Source: Daphnia carinata
Lineage: Eukaryota
Assembly (NCBI RefSeq): GCF_022539665.2
Contig: NC_081333.1
Location: 8,060,001 to 8,124,000 of the forward strand
Direction: 5' to 3'
Length of the DNA: 64,000 nucleotides
The notes under the pieces are model-generated. The model saw only the letters and a program-made list of their open reading frames with translations. It did no database searches and was not told where the DNA came from. Made by a program: the position numbers and the translations under genes. Below are positions 8,901-23,600 of the stretch, in pieces. The number at the start of each line of letters is the position of its first letter. Position 1 is the first letter of the stretch.

Positions 8901-11900
8901 ACGGCTCACTCACTTTTGGAATGTTGGAGCCATAGATGCCATTATCGCGTGGTGGCAGCTTTGGTGGTTTGTCGCCACGTTTAGTACCAACGACGCCGTT
9001 AGAATTGGCCGGAGCGGAACCGCTTCCGTTGTTGCTGTTGCCGTTGTGCGACGAGCTGCCGCTCGAGCCGCTGCCAGCCACACTGTACGGGTCCTCGTCG
9101 GGGATCGGGATGCGCGGTCGGTTGCGGATGTCGTTGCGCTTACTAACAGGTGGCATCTTTGATTTGAGCATATCCATGGCCACAATGTTGACGATCATGA
9201 CCCAGCAAGGACAGTTGAGCAGCTCCATATCGTTCTTGGCGAAGGCAATGGCCGTGATGCATTGCATCTCCAACTTGCGGCGGTCCGGGTAGGCGCGTTT
9301 CAGCTCGCGGGACACGTTCTGCTGGAACTTTTTCATATCAAACAGCTGCGCGACGATGGAATCGTGACGAGAATAGCAACGAAATCAAGGAAAAAGAACG
9401 GAAGAACAAACGGAGATTAGTTTCACAGTACGACAGATGGCTCTGAATGTTTCTTTTACCAGGTAACCCTTGCCGAATTCCAAAGCTCCTTGCGGCAGCT
9501 TAAGGATGTCGTTGCCGATGCCGTTCTCATCTGAAGTGTTCTTGATGTAGATGTTGCTCTTGGAGACGCGCTTGATGTGGATGTTGCCTTTCTCGTCCAT
9601 GCGCACCTTGGCGCCCTCGCCGATTTGACGCTTGGCCTCCTCGGTCCGGTTGTCGCGCATCGGGTTGTCGAAACCGTTCAATCCGATCCTATACGAATGA
9701 AGGGCAAAAAGCGAAAGGACGAATTAATATCAATACAGGCCTCCCGCTTATACGAGCACATTTAATCATTTTGTAAATCAAATTGCTGAACCGAAAGTTC
9801 CACCGTTATCATCAGCTGTGGCATTCTTTGGTTTTTATTTCTTATTTTTTTCCATTTGGCTGCATCTCGATTTGTGTGTCAATGGAACGTGGGGGCCTGG
9901 AAAGGCTCTTTTTTTTTCCTTATAAGGCCGTCACCTGGCGCGCGTCGCGTAGGCATCTGCTGCTAGCCCGGCAGATATTTCTCGCGTTTTACCGTGGCTG
10001 TCTCGCGTTTTGGCTGGATGCCACGGTTTTCTTTCTCTTCAATGCGCAGGATCCCGTTTGACACATTTGGTTACACGTACACGAATCCGTGTAAAGCGGA
10101 GAAAAATGGGTCACTTTGGCCAAGTGAGCGCGCAACAAATAGATCAACGCGCAGTGCGTGCAGCGGAACAAGCTGGTGAAAAGAGTTGGCTCTATTGCGT
10201 AGTTGTCACTCGAGTGTGGTGAATGCCCAATCGTATGTACATTTAGCGCGATTCGATGGAAAGGAAAGGAAAAAAAAAAAAAAAAACGCAGACACGAGAG
10301 AAATGTCGAGAATCAACTTTCGCCCCCTCGAGCTTGATTCTTCAGCGATGAGGGGACGGATAACGACCGTGTACTCACGGGACGATTGAGGCTACGCGGA
10401 AGAAGTCGACTTCCCTATTTCACGTCATGGCGCAAGTGGCCGCCGTCCCTCTCGTCATCAGCAAAGAAAAAGTCGGCAGCGCGTTTCACACGGTGCGCGC
10501 TTGCGCGTTTTGCTTGACCGCTCCTTCGATGACTGACTACCATCGCTGACCAACTTCATATCGCATGCAAACAACGATGGAAGCAAGAAATGGACACAGC
10601 GACAGCACAAGAAACGGAAGAGATAGACGCCACTTTTTCTTCCTTTAAATTCTTTGAATCGAAAGTTTGTTGGCCCTCTCTGCTTTTTGTTGATTGAAGG
10701 CTCGTTTACGCACTGGAGGTTCGGTCGGTTGGAAAATGATACGGCTGAGTAACGAGAGGTGATTGGCCAGGAATAATATGCAAACAAACAAAAAAAAAAA
10801 AGAGAAAATGTAGTGAAATGGTTACCGAAAACCGTCGAATCCATCGTCGCTTCCGTTAATCTGAATGGGAATGGCCCTGGCGTACGCTTTGGCCACACGA
10901 CGATTGCGCTCCATGACGATGAGCTTGGCCCAGATTTCGTCGTCGATTTGATGCCATTTGTCCAGCACCTCTTGGATGTGATCCTAATCAAATCAAATAC
11001 AAAAATAAACAACAAACGTCAATAAAGAATTTCAGCGCCAGCAAAATAAAACCACAAAATTTTCAAGATAATTCTATTAGCACCAGCCATGGATTTACAA
11101 TCAAGCAGAGGCGCTGAATCGAATCGAGTCACGCTCCGTTGATTTAGAAAGTCTCAACAGAGAATTATTAACAACGGTCGTAAACGGATGCGATCAGTGA
11201 CGATCACAATATTGAACGTCTTATACCCACCCTTCGTTCCCTTTTTTGTGCAACGAGAAATCGATATCGTCCGTGCATTGGAGAGGAGACAAACAATGAA
11301 AAACAGAGGGAACGCAGCTTCCATCTTCACGATGCTCTTGTATGGCCATCACCCAAAAGTGAAATGTTTGAGGCACGCGTTGAAACATGAAGACATATTT
11401 CTGTTCATCTTTCTTTTTCCCCCTTTCAAAAATAAGAAAGAAGAGATCGGAATCGACGATCCGTGAGCCATGACCGCCGTCCGGAGTCAACACGATCCCG
11501 AGCCACACAATAAAAGTTCCATCAAAACAAACATACAGAGAGGGAAAAAAGCGTAAAAATTGAAGGGAAATAAAAAAAAAAAAAAAAAAAAAGACAAGAG
11601 AAGAATAGAAAATAAGGCAAAAGACGAGTATGCACGTACAATAAAAAAAAAAAAAAGAGAGAAGAGAGGGAATCACGCGACGTGGCCCCAAAAAAAAGTC
11701 ACACGGACTCGGCGCGTCCCTGACTCAGCAGTCAGCGCTCGTTCAAGAAAACACGAAAAAGTGAAAGGATCTTGGAAAAGAATATCTACAGCTAGTGCAA
11801 GTGTCTATCTTCTCTTTCTATTAAAGTCGATATCGGGGGGTCGTGTAAAAAAAAAATGGAGAAATAAAAAAAAAACTAGGGGAAAACAAGACACAAAAAA

Positions 11901-14591
11901 CATGACTGCTGGGAAAGAAAACAGACGCGGACATGACTTTCGTTTCGTTCCGACACGTTCGAATGGCGCGCCAATTGCCAGGCAGAACCGCGAGATGTGG
12001 ATGAAGCAAAATAAAATAAAAAGAAATTGCCTTTTTTTCATATTGCTTCTAATGGTTTCTTGTGTTCTTTTCAAGTTGAAAAGGAAAGGCCAGAAGCTTT
12101 TCAGCTGGGTGGTAGCTAGATAGGGATAATAGTTCATCGTCACTTGCTTTGTTTTTTTTTATTTAACAGGCTACCCACAGAACCGAGAAATATGACGCAA
12201 TTTTGGGCCGGTAATGTTCATATATTTCTCGTCTGACGGAATCGCTTGGCTGCATGGAATATCCATTTAAAAAAAAAAAAAAGGAAATACAACAGAAAAT
12301 GAAATGAAACGAGAGACATAAGATTATCTTTCCACGCGATGCCCACTCTGTCCTTGGATAGTTGACAATTTTTTTTTTTCTCGTGACATTTCCCTGCTAT
12401 TATTACGCCTCTCTTTCTCTTTTTCTTTGTCGTCGTTTTTTGTGTTTTTGTTGGATTTTGTTGTTTTTCCCCCTTCCTTCCTCTGAACAGAATGTGTAAT
12501 TAGATGAGCTCGGAAAGCTATACATCTATTCGGCTTCTTTGCTCTTCAATCTCCATTCTCTTCCGTGAAGTCGTGAACCTGACGCTTGACCCGCTTAAAC
12601 ATAAATACACGTCACAACCTCTTTGAGGGGGCAAAACCAAACACGAACGAAATCTACGGTTACTTCTAGAGTCTAGCCTCTACGAGGTCTCGAATGCGCA
12701 GTTCACATTTATAATACGCTACATAGTCATTTTCTGTCATCGAAGCATGACGAATAGGCAACGGATACGGGCGGAGGAGCGAGGATGGAAGTTGTAACTA
12801 CCCAATTCCGTCATTTAGACCCTTTCACTTTCCACCATTTCCTGGTGTGCTTTATGAAAGGGCGCTTCGTTGTCGTCGGACACGAAAGCAAAACCATTCA
12901 ACCTTCCAAGTTGACTTCCTCGTTTGTTCCCACCATAAGATCATTATCGTGTCTCTCAGTGTCTTTTGACTTTCCACATGGTTCATGAAGGAATTCAGCG
13001 TTTGTCCCTTGGCAATTTTCGGTTACCGAAAGTCATGCCATTTCCTCAGCGTTGTCGAGTTCGCTGCGCTATGGTTTGCCCATCGAAAGTACAAGTGGGT
13101 ACCAGATTTTAAAAATACCTATAACCTTGATATTGAGAAATATGTCGACATTTCCTCTTGACCAACTGGCATCCATCAACTGTTGCGAGAAGTTTACACA
13201 AGCCGTTCCAGTAGGTTCTATGAACTCTGAACACGAAATGCCAAACACACAATTTCTCCCCCCTATTCTTCTCTATTTAACTCGTTTTATTTTCCTTTAG
13301 ACTACGCATTGCCACACAGAAATCAAAACACACGCATTACAACCCACCCACGTTCTTCTGCCTCCCACTCCCATGTTCCTGTCTATTGTGTTGATTTCAA
13401 TATTTTCTTTTTGAATGTGTGTTAACCTTCGCTGCGGAAGAAAGATCACCGACAAGAAGAAACACAACAAATTGCGGAGGTTACTGTTCTCGACGCGGGT
13501 CTTTGCAGCCCCCCCGCCATCAGCTTTAGATACGTGCATTAAAATCCCGGGACCCCCCCCACCAAAAGAAAATCCTCCCTTCATCTTTTATCTCCATCTC
13601 CATCTCTCAGCCACCTACACAGATCTTTTCCCTAAGTGAAGTCGATTCACTATAGGAACACGTTGTACGTCTAACGTGTGTATAATCTCGTGTTTTTTTT
13701 TTCTTTCTTCAAATTTTATTTAGTGAACGCGTACTATATTGCGCACACACAGCTTAGGAGGGGGGGTGTCCAACCGATGGCGGATCTTGACTTGGCAAGT
13801 GGAGGGGGGTCCTTCACGGTAGGTACATAATAACTACAATATACTATATGGCCAGATTTCTCCTCTTTTCTCTTCTGGAGTTCCACACAGGACGGGGGAG
13901 AGAAAAAAAAAAAAAAGGTCACGCACGGGGTGGGGGGAAAAAAACGAACACAAAAATGTCGATTGTTACGTCGACCAGCACACAAAACACAACAAGGACC
14001 ACTATATGGTACCATCATCTCTCTTTTTGACTGCTTTTTTTTTTCTGGTCCTCTTGTTGTGTCTGCGTGTGTTATGCCGGCCTCTCAAAGTCAGACAAAT
14101 AGATGCGAAGGCCCCGTATATATCAGATGGAGTTGAGCGATTATTTACGTTTTTTACCTTTGCATAGACGTATTCACCCCCGTCGAGAGCCGAGGAGCTC
14201 TCCGCGTCCCCAACTAATAAACCTCTTTTCCACTCGTAAGTCATAAAAGTTTACGAGCTTTCTCTGGGAAATGTGAATAAGTAGACAGACACAATAAGGA
14301 GTGTAGGAATAAATAGGGGGGATATTTGAGACAAAACGAGTGCTCTTTCTGTGACGACGAGACAGTGGCCCTTTTCCCGTGTTTCGTCTATTCCTTTCGG
14401 TTCCTATCACTCTCAGCTCGCAATAATATCAGCGTGAATGATTGGCTAGTCCGTTCGGATCTTTATCCGACTGAGGAGAAAGGTCTGTTTAACGTGCGTG
14501 ACGTCACCTGCGCCATGGATATGTGAAACGGTACACAAATGCTATTTCGTTTGGAAAACCAAAGAGAAAATTGTGGGCTTTTTCTTTCCTC

Positions 14592-14637
<46 letters not shown>

Positions 14638-17600
14638 TTTTCCCTGGAAATGATGTTTCTTTTTCGTGGCTAATAGTTTGTATTTCCCACATTGTGTAGC
14701 GGCCGAATCCATTTGGAATTGAGAGTCTCAATCTCCTCGACTGACTTTTGTAGCCTACTCCGCCTCTCAATTTCTCTCTTCAAAATCTTATTGCATCTTC
14801 CTTTCCTATTTCTCTCTTTTCTCTTCTACAACGCCCCCACCTTTTTTTCCTCTCTTTCTGCTGGACAAACAAAGTTAACATTTCGTAGACAACATTAAAA
14901 ATAGAGAAAACCATTTTCTTTTCTTGTTTGGTTTCCTTTCGCTGTGTGGGAAGGATAAGAATAAAAAAATGGAAGATAAACAAGAACAAAAATGCCTCTA
15001 TCATCGTCGTTTAAAACACACACGGACGCGCGTGCTCGGTCAGACATGGGCCCCGACAGACACGCGAACACCCCCCAAAAACAAAGATGAAACAAAACAA
15101 AAAATGGTTGAGAGATGAGAGAGAAATCGATCAGATGCCTATCCACTACCCTACTATCTCTTGAATCGGCGTGAACAATGAACAGAGGGAGAAAAAACGA
15201 TGACGAAACACAATAAATAAAAAAAAAAAAGAACAGGGCCACAAATGTTACCGTGCATCACGACCGTTGTATGTCCGTTTGTACGGAGGTGCGGGCTATC
15301 TGTTTATTTTTGTTACGAAAATTCTTTCCCTAAGGAGAAGGGGAGATACGTTGCACTACACGCGCGGCGCTTTCTACATCACAGATTGAAATGGGGCAAA
15401 AAAGAAAAAAATGACTAACAAAAATGCGAACTGACAAGTAAAACCTGCGAGAGAGTTCCAATCGCTCCCAATTGGAAGCGGAATCAATATAGCAAGTCAT
15501 GTGAAACATTCATTTCATGCGGCCAGCCCGGATGTGACAAGCCCAGCAATAAGAATTAAAATAAAACGAAAGAGAAAAGAAAAATTTCGAAGAAATAATC
15601 CAATGAGAATGCAGCTGTTTTAATAGGTAGCGACAACAGCGATAGCATCCAAAAAAAAAAAAAAAAAAATAAATAAATAAAAGAGAAAATCCATCCAATA
15701 AAGGTAAGACTGGATGATGTGTGAATGTAGTGTGCTTAAAATGGAGAGCCAGTCTTAAGTTTTATAATGGCTGACATGAAAAAAAAAAAAAAAAAAGGTG
15801 GAACTGGCTTTTCTCAAATGGCCTGCAGTTTCGGGAAAAACGATAAGAAGATTGAAGGGAAAAACTTTCACTTGTTTCGGCGAGCCAAGTTCATCAACTC
15901 TATCGCTATCAGGGCGAACAGACGGTTCGTTTGCCAGATTTCCCTTATTGGCATGCAGCAATAACAATAATAACTAAAGCAAACAAAGAGTTGCCAAGGA
16001 AATCGATGGCCTCAAGATTCACGCTTGCCTTCTGCTTAATTCCATCTGACATCACCGTTATTCGTGAATAAAAACGGCGATCTATATGGGTCGTGATCGA
16101 ACGGGCGATGATCGACGATGGCGAGAAGTAGACGAAAAGAAAGAGGGAAGGATGGAGAATGTCTTTACGTGGGCGTTCACACCAACAGTTCCGACAATTG
16201 AGAAAAGAAAAAGTGATAACAATCGCTGCGCCCCGCCAGTTAATGACGAATAGCAAAAAAAAAAGTACGTGTAAATGGTAAAAAAAAAAAAGGGCGCAAG
16301 ACGTACTAAACACCACCTTGAAAGGTCATACCGTGTTTTTCGCATCGACAAAAGAGTGAAAGGATTTTGTCTTTGGATGAAAACTGGCCGTTTTCAAGGC
16401 GATTCTTCGACTGTTTCCCTTTTTTTCTTCTTCACGTGTTGCCCTCCCTTCACATTAAATCTATTCGGGCTCCCCTCTACTCGGCAGACAAAAGACGAGT
16501 TCGTCAGCGAGAGAAAGGTGGGATAGATAGCACACTCACATACAATGATTAGGCACACCAAATAGATCTTAAATGCAACAACAATGGGGCAATGAGACGG
16601 CTGTACGGGTCGTTCCAAATGACACACACCATTTGGAACTGGCCGTGTTTTCTCTCTCCTCTACCGAGAAACACGACTCGGAAAGTGAAAGAAAATGAAG
16701 AATTAAAAAGAAATGAGAGGGGGAAAAAAAAATAACAGCCCCAGCAGAGACCGTGTTAATGGGACGCATTCCGACATTCGTGACGCCCGCTGAGCTACGG
16801 ATGGGGTGGAAAATAAAACGGAACGAATTATCATAGAGGGTCGTAGTAACTGAAAAAAAAAAATAAAAAAAAATCCCATTTTCAACTTTAGCTTTAAGCT
16901 TTTTCTTTTTCGTGTAGGTCTTGCAAGTTACGGCAGTCATAGCAATCATACCCGGCTGCTACATTTGAAGGCGACCCGCCAAACAATGACATAAAGGTGA
17001 GGTTCAACATAATATTACGTGAGAGAATGAACTTGGACAGCCAAAGAAAGAAAACGGAGACAAGCGAGTAATATGTAAAGTAAAAAAGGGGTAGGAATAG
17101 GGCGACAGCCGGGAAAAAGGTGTGATAATTTACAGTCACCAGCCAAGGTGAGCTCGACTACGTTACAAAGGAATAAATGATAACACAAGAAATAAAGGAA
17201 AGGTGTTCAAACTCGAGAAAAGAACACCTCCATCAGGTTTGGTGGCTAACATCGAGAGCAACTCATTTCCCTTTGTTCCGGGGAACATCATATAACCAAA
17301 CACTTTGAGTCTTTTGTGTCAATAAGCCTTGAACTTTAAACAGATCCTGGTTGTGTAGAAAGAATGAATCATTGCATAGATCAACGCCCTTGGTCGGTTT
17401 CGAGGGGAGAAAGAAAAGATCCTTATTTTTATTTTATAATATCCAAATGAGACACGACCGAAAATTTCGAAACCTAAAATTCAAACATACTTAAAAACAA
17501 GTCGCCCCCGCAAGCAGAATGAGAGACAAGATAAATCTCTTTTGTCTTGCGTAATCCCCTTGGTGGATGGCCCTTTCACTGGAGGGCCACCAAACATGGG

Positions 17601-20600
17601 CCTATAATACACAGGATGCGGGGTTTCTTCTAGCTTCACGCCAACGTGCCGAGCTCGCATTCACGCAGGTGAAGCAACGGGTGGATAGAGGGAAAGAAAG
17701 GGCAATAATTTTCCGAAGACGAAACCAAGATTTGAATGAATTAAACAGCCCTTTTTTTTTTGTTCTCCAAGAGAAGTTTATAGGAAAAAAGTTTTTTGGA
17801 TTCTTCTTTAAAAGGGATAAAGTTCCGCTGAGATTTTGAAACGCCCGCTGAAGTGAGTCAGCATGCAGCAAATACCATACGAGAGAAGAAGAATTACAAA
17901 AGACAAGAGGTGAAATAATAAATTCAAGATAAAAAAGAAAGAAGAGAACCAAGGATAGGCTCATACGGAGGAAATCTTGACAAAGATTTTTGGCTGGCGT
18001 GTGTGTCTTTGCCGCATTTACAACATTAAAATTTATGACATATTTTTTGTTTTTTATCTTGGCTGTTGCCAAGAGCTTAACGCAATTCGATTCACCATCC
18101 AGTCTCTCTTACGTATGAACAGTAAACCGTCGAGGTCATTTTTATGGAGACAGCATCCTGTGAACCGCCGTTTGGCAATTCTGTGTCAACACGCTTATCT
18201 CTGATCTTCTTCGGCCTCCAAAAAGAGCAAAAATAAAAGAGAATTATAATGCCATTTCTTATGTTGATGGAAGAGTTTGCAAAACCTTGCCGGGCCCCCC
18301 CTTTTTTTTTTTTCTTTCCGTGCATCAACGTCATGTAACACTAACGGTGAAAGGGCAAGAAACCGCTCAAAGCGGCAGACGAAACAATTCAACGAGCGAA
18401 AACTGTTATAGCGTGCGTCAATTAGTTCAAGGAAAACAACAAACACACGGAGAACGGAGAAGGGTAGGTACAAGGTTTGAAGATAACCCACACAACCATT
18501 GTAGGTTCATCATCAGTGAAATTTGTTTTTTTGGCTCAGAAAAGATCGGAGAATGGAAACAAGAAATGCCAAATCTTTTGACAGATCAGTCGCTATATTG
18601 GGCTCAGATAATCACGGACAAAATTTGCATACGGTTGCCACATGCAGTACATAGATACCTGGATACCGAGAGACCTTGTAAAGAAAGGGAAAAAAAAAAA
18701 AAAAAATAACAACGTAAATCCCCTTTGGTCAAAGTGAATGTATAGCCGAGAGACAAACCCACGGACCCCAAACACAAGTCAAAATAAAATACCAGAAGGA
18801 AAGGAAAATGGTAACTCGTTAGATGTTGTTGTCGCTATCTGAGTTTGACTCGACTATAACGCAGTGGATGGTTGGCAAGAAGAAAGAGAAGAAGAAGAAG
18901 AAAAAAAAAAAAAGAGAGAGAGAGATCGGCTACCTTTCTCTATTCTAATACGGCAGGTTGGATTGTCAAGGTAAACTGGTCAGAGAACCCTCTCTCTTTC
19001 TCTTCGCCGCACCAGCAGAGTTCTTTTTTCCGAAAAACAACAACAACAAAAAACAAAACAGGAGAGTCGTGGTAACCCTGGCGACCGAATGACGACGATG
19101 ACGGTTGTCGGATTCATCTTTTGAGTGAATGTTTGCTCCATCATTTCTGGAGCTGGTGGCTGATGATTGAGGGAAAGAGAGAGGTACAACGAAGACCCCA
19201 CGCGTTCCGCCCATTCTCTGCCCTTTTTTTTTTTTTTTAATGTTCTTTTTTTTTTTTTACCTTGGATGTGAAGCTGATACCTGTCTCTATTCGGTTGTAG
19301 TGTACAGGAATATGCGGAAACATGCTGTGCACACCCCAATTACCATCCAGGCGAAACAAAAATCGTAAAACACTACCGACAACTTCGGCAGCACCATAAC
19401 AGCACCAGCAAATGAGTTATTTTGTTTCTTTTTCGCTATAGTTCGGTTCGTGTTTCAGATTTTTTTTTTTTTTGGTTTTTGCTAAGAGCTGCACACACAA
19501 AAAAGGAGGAAAGTAAATGGCCAAGGCTAATGGTGAAAGAAAATATGTTTTATGTACGAAATAGGCAAAGATTTTTTTTTTTTTTTTCATTTTAAAGAAC
19601 CGACTGCAAATCCTTTTTTAAAAAGAGCTATTTTCTTTCGGTCTAGTCGAGGTCGCGCGCGCAAAAAAATAAACTATTCGCTTCTTCGTAGAACTTGTTC
19701 CCTTCAGGTGATAAACACCCGACCATTCGCACTGTTGTAAACTACAAGCTTTTCGATAAGCGGAGGGGTTACCATCAGCGACAAGAGATAAGATGTGGGT
19801 ACTTATATATAGAATTAAAGGTACACACCGTTTGTCATCCGAAAAATGACGGAAATGAATGCGCGATATGGTCGAACAAGTATCTTTTTACTCTTTGCCA
19901 TATTTTTTGCCGCCATATTTTAACAGACAACCTTCCTTTTTTTTTTTTTTTTTTTTTAATATATCGGTATGCCATCGAACCAATCAACCAGCATGTGCAT
20001 CTGCCAAAGCTAACCTTGCCGGGAGGATGAGCCCGCACAATCCGATATTACTTGAAATGCATATCTTTTTTTTTGTGTTTGAATTTCAAGTTTAAAAAGG
20101 AGCCACTACCAAGTTGATGACATTGAAACATTCGAAACACGAAGGTCGGTAACAAGCGTCCAAACGACATACACTGGACACGCTGAACGAATTTGGAACG
20201 CAAGAATAAAGAGGGAAACAAGAGAAAGAACACACAACACGTTAAATGAGATACGCTTGCATTTTCCGTTGTGTTTCTCTTACTTTCTATCACGAATTTT
20301 CGAAAGATGAAGTTTGTGTTTTAACGGGGGGAAGCTTGGCCGAGTGCGCTTTAACGTCTGCGTGAGTGTAGGGTCACGGAGGTGCCATAGCTCATGGGAT
20401 TTGACGTTAGAAAACCAAAGAAAAAGCCACTAGTCGACGTGGAAGCAATAAATTTTCGCCGATATAAATAAGAAAAATGTTTTAGAAAATGTAGTGCGAG
20501 TATTTTTGGAAAGATCGTGGGTTAATTGCACTGTTTAAGAATAATCGAACAGGTAAACGATCGAGCGGCAAAAAAATTGGATCGTGACCATCGCAAACTG

Positions 20601-23600
20601 TTGTGTTGTGTGCATAAAAGAATTCGATTCAAGCGAGTACGAGATAAACTAAAAATCAAATCCAAAAACATGCAGCCGAGAATGCAGTCGAAAAATACTC
20701 GAACGACAAGGGGAAAGTAAAAAGCGCCCGCTGTTGTTGGTGTGCCGTTGTTATTGTTGTTGTACACAGCAAATGAGTAGATGCTTTTCTTTCTTTCCCC
20801 TTCATTCTCTACGAATGTGTACACATAGCCCCAAGATAGGCGTGAATCCAAGTGGCGTGAATTTATTTTTTCCGTTTGTTTTTTTTTCTTCTTAATAGCA
20901 TGGAGGAAAAAGGAGAGAGAGAGAGAGAGACGACCTTGTTCCAATTTTGGCGGAATCGCGCCAGCGGAAAAGCCATATATATCCAAAACGCAGACGAGAA
21001 AATAATAATAAAAAGAAACACAACAGGAGTGGGAGAAAGATGTGATCAAATAATTAAGAATATAATTTTCCCTCCGGTCGTCTTTGCAGCCGCAATTGCG
21101 GTGAACGAAGAACCCAAAAGAAAAAAAAAATCCATGGGAAAATACGAAAGAGAGAACCGCCAGAAGCAGCCCTCACACACGGTAATTTTTTTTGAAAGAA
21201 AAAGCCTAAGAAAAAAATAAATAAATAAGTCTGCGGCTGGTGCAACATAAGCGAGTACACTCGATTGCGTAGACACACAGAGAGCCAAGACCCGTTAAAA
21301 AAGAGAAATCATCGGGCTGCTGGGCCGAAGCGAGACGACGACGGTTGCATCAGAACGAAGCGAAACAAGGCGAATGCCTGCTGTCTTTTTCGCTAGAGTC
21401 AGTGAAACGGTTAAGCCTTGCTGTTGGCAGTAGGTGTAGGTAGCGAATCGGTCTAACCAATCTCAGCGGCGTCGGTTGAGCCACGCTGCGCGGATGACGC
21501 AACACAACCGTGATCCAATAAACGAGTGAAGGGAGAGAAATATTGGTGGCAGAAACCACAGGTTTTTTTTGTTTTGTGCTGTTCTTTATTGTTGCCACGG
21601 AGAGAAAGTGTGCATGTTAGTTGGCTTGCATGGAAGAACAACGAAACAAGCGACTTAACATTCAGTTGGCATGGACATGTACGACTGCCAGACCGAAATA
21701 GATCGAATTTCTACAACAAAATTGGTGGCCCATTTTTCATTTCGCTTCTTTTTCCTTTCCACTCCAATAACTTCACCAAAAGTTCTGAGAAATTATGCAG
21801 TCACATCTGCACACGTTTTTTTTAATTTTAAAAGGAAAGATCAAAAAATGCATTTTGGCAGCCAGGAGAAACTTGGCGAACCCGTTTGTGAGGCCCACCG
21901 CCTTCCTTTTTTTACGCAGCATTTTTGAACGGGATCCTTAATTAGTCCATGGACAAACATGGCCGTGCTCGACTATATGTATATAAATCAGACGCCACTT
22001 TCTTCGACCATGTAGCTAAAAGAACGTGGTGGTATGTTCTTGATCATCATCATTTTTGTTTTTAACTACCGTTTTCATTTTTCCCTTGCCTCGTTGACCA
22101 GTGTTCACGGCACACACTACAAGGAAGGGGGGGGGGGAAAACGGACACGAGTCGGACAACTAGCAAACTGCTGTATAAACATAAAAAAAACAAACAAAAA
22201 AACTGGCTCTCCTGCTGTGGTTATAAAAAAAAAAAATGTCTAAAAGCAACGGCTGTTGAGAGATGCGAAGAGGGGAAAGCAAGAAGAGAGCTCCATTTTT
22301 CAACACTCGATCACGATATGAATATTTTTGTTTTAACGTATTCAAGAAACAACTTCGTTAATTACGGCAACTGTTTGTTTAATTTTTAGATGATCGCTCC
22401 ATGTACGGGAGAATGAGCCATGCGAAGATTGCGTGAATGTAAACAGAGTGAAGTAAGGCGAAATGAAGAACTAGAAAAGGGAACAGATTTCAGACTAAAG
22501 TAGCGAATCATCTGGTGAATTAAAAATGACCAGACAAATGTATAAGACAGCAAACGTAGATCAAAAACAAAAAAAATCCTTTCGTTGTCATTCTAATGAA
22601 ATAGGAGCCGGTAGGTAAAAAGGGAGTGTAAATTTGTAAAAATTTTCACAAGCCCCGCATTCTCGCCATGGTCTTGCTAACACACTTGATACTAGACGGC
22701 ACAAGGTCGGTTGACTTAAAAAATATATAAAACTGGCCGATGACGATAGCGTTCCACTGACAAGTACGTAGCAAAAAATAAAAAGAGAGAACCACCTTTA
22801 AAAAAAAAAAAAAAAACGAATAAAATTAACGACTTTTTGCCTTACAAGTCGCTAGATTGCAAGGACATTGTGTTAAGAGTGTAATCGACTGTGTGTCTAT
22901 TGCGTTTCCTACGCCAACTAGCGTTAATACATGAACACACAAAAAAAAAAAAATATCGTTAGTATGCAAGGAAGACGTGAGGAGCGAAAACAAGACCATC
23001 CAAAAGGATTGGCTTTGATGGGCATATGTAAAACTAGTCGAACAACTTCTCGCCATTTGCCTTCTTGATGATACGTTAGGTTATGCTTTTACTTTAAAAA
23101 AATAAAAATGATTATATTTCCAGTTTGTCGGTGGATTTGACCCGAGGCTTTTGGCGTGGCCCGGTTCAGGGCCGCACTAGATTGCATTTTATGTGCTCCA
23201 ACCGCACCTCGGGGAAGACGGCAGCAGCGAAAGAACCACGCCCGGAAAAAATTTGGCATAGAATGTTGTTACGACTAGTATACTGAACGCGTACGCCAAT
23301 CCCATTTTCTTAAAAGAAAGAGAGAGAGAGAAAAAAAGAAAAACAAAGTGGAACGAGAAGCGGATCACCTTCACTTTCTGCTACGATGAAGCAAGTCATT
23401 CGCCAAGATGGAGTTGCTGCTGTTTTGTTAATTTTTGGGTCGCGAGCCAAAAGAATTGCCAAAAATGGGGAGATAAAAAGAAGAATAGCTGATTTTTCAA
23501 ACCAGATTTCTGCTTTTATTAAATTTTTTTTTCTCTACCTGTCGCTCCTTCCCTCGCTCTCTCCCCAATCATCGTTTTTTTTTTTTTCGATCTGAAACAG

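Noticed and set aside
8936..9292. 118-aa plus-strand ORF
   Set aside because: Antisense shadow of the GC-rich exp exon 9345-8914.
13021..13080. TTTCG|GTAACC, identical to the donor of exon 10983-10826, suggesting a duplicated mutually exclusive exon
   Set aside because: The upstream translation shows no similarity to the MH2 exon.
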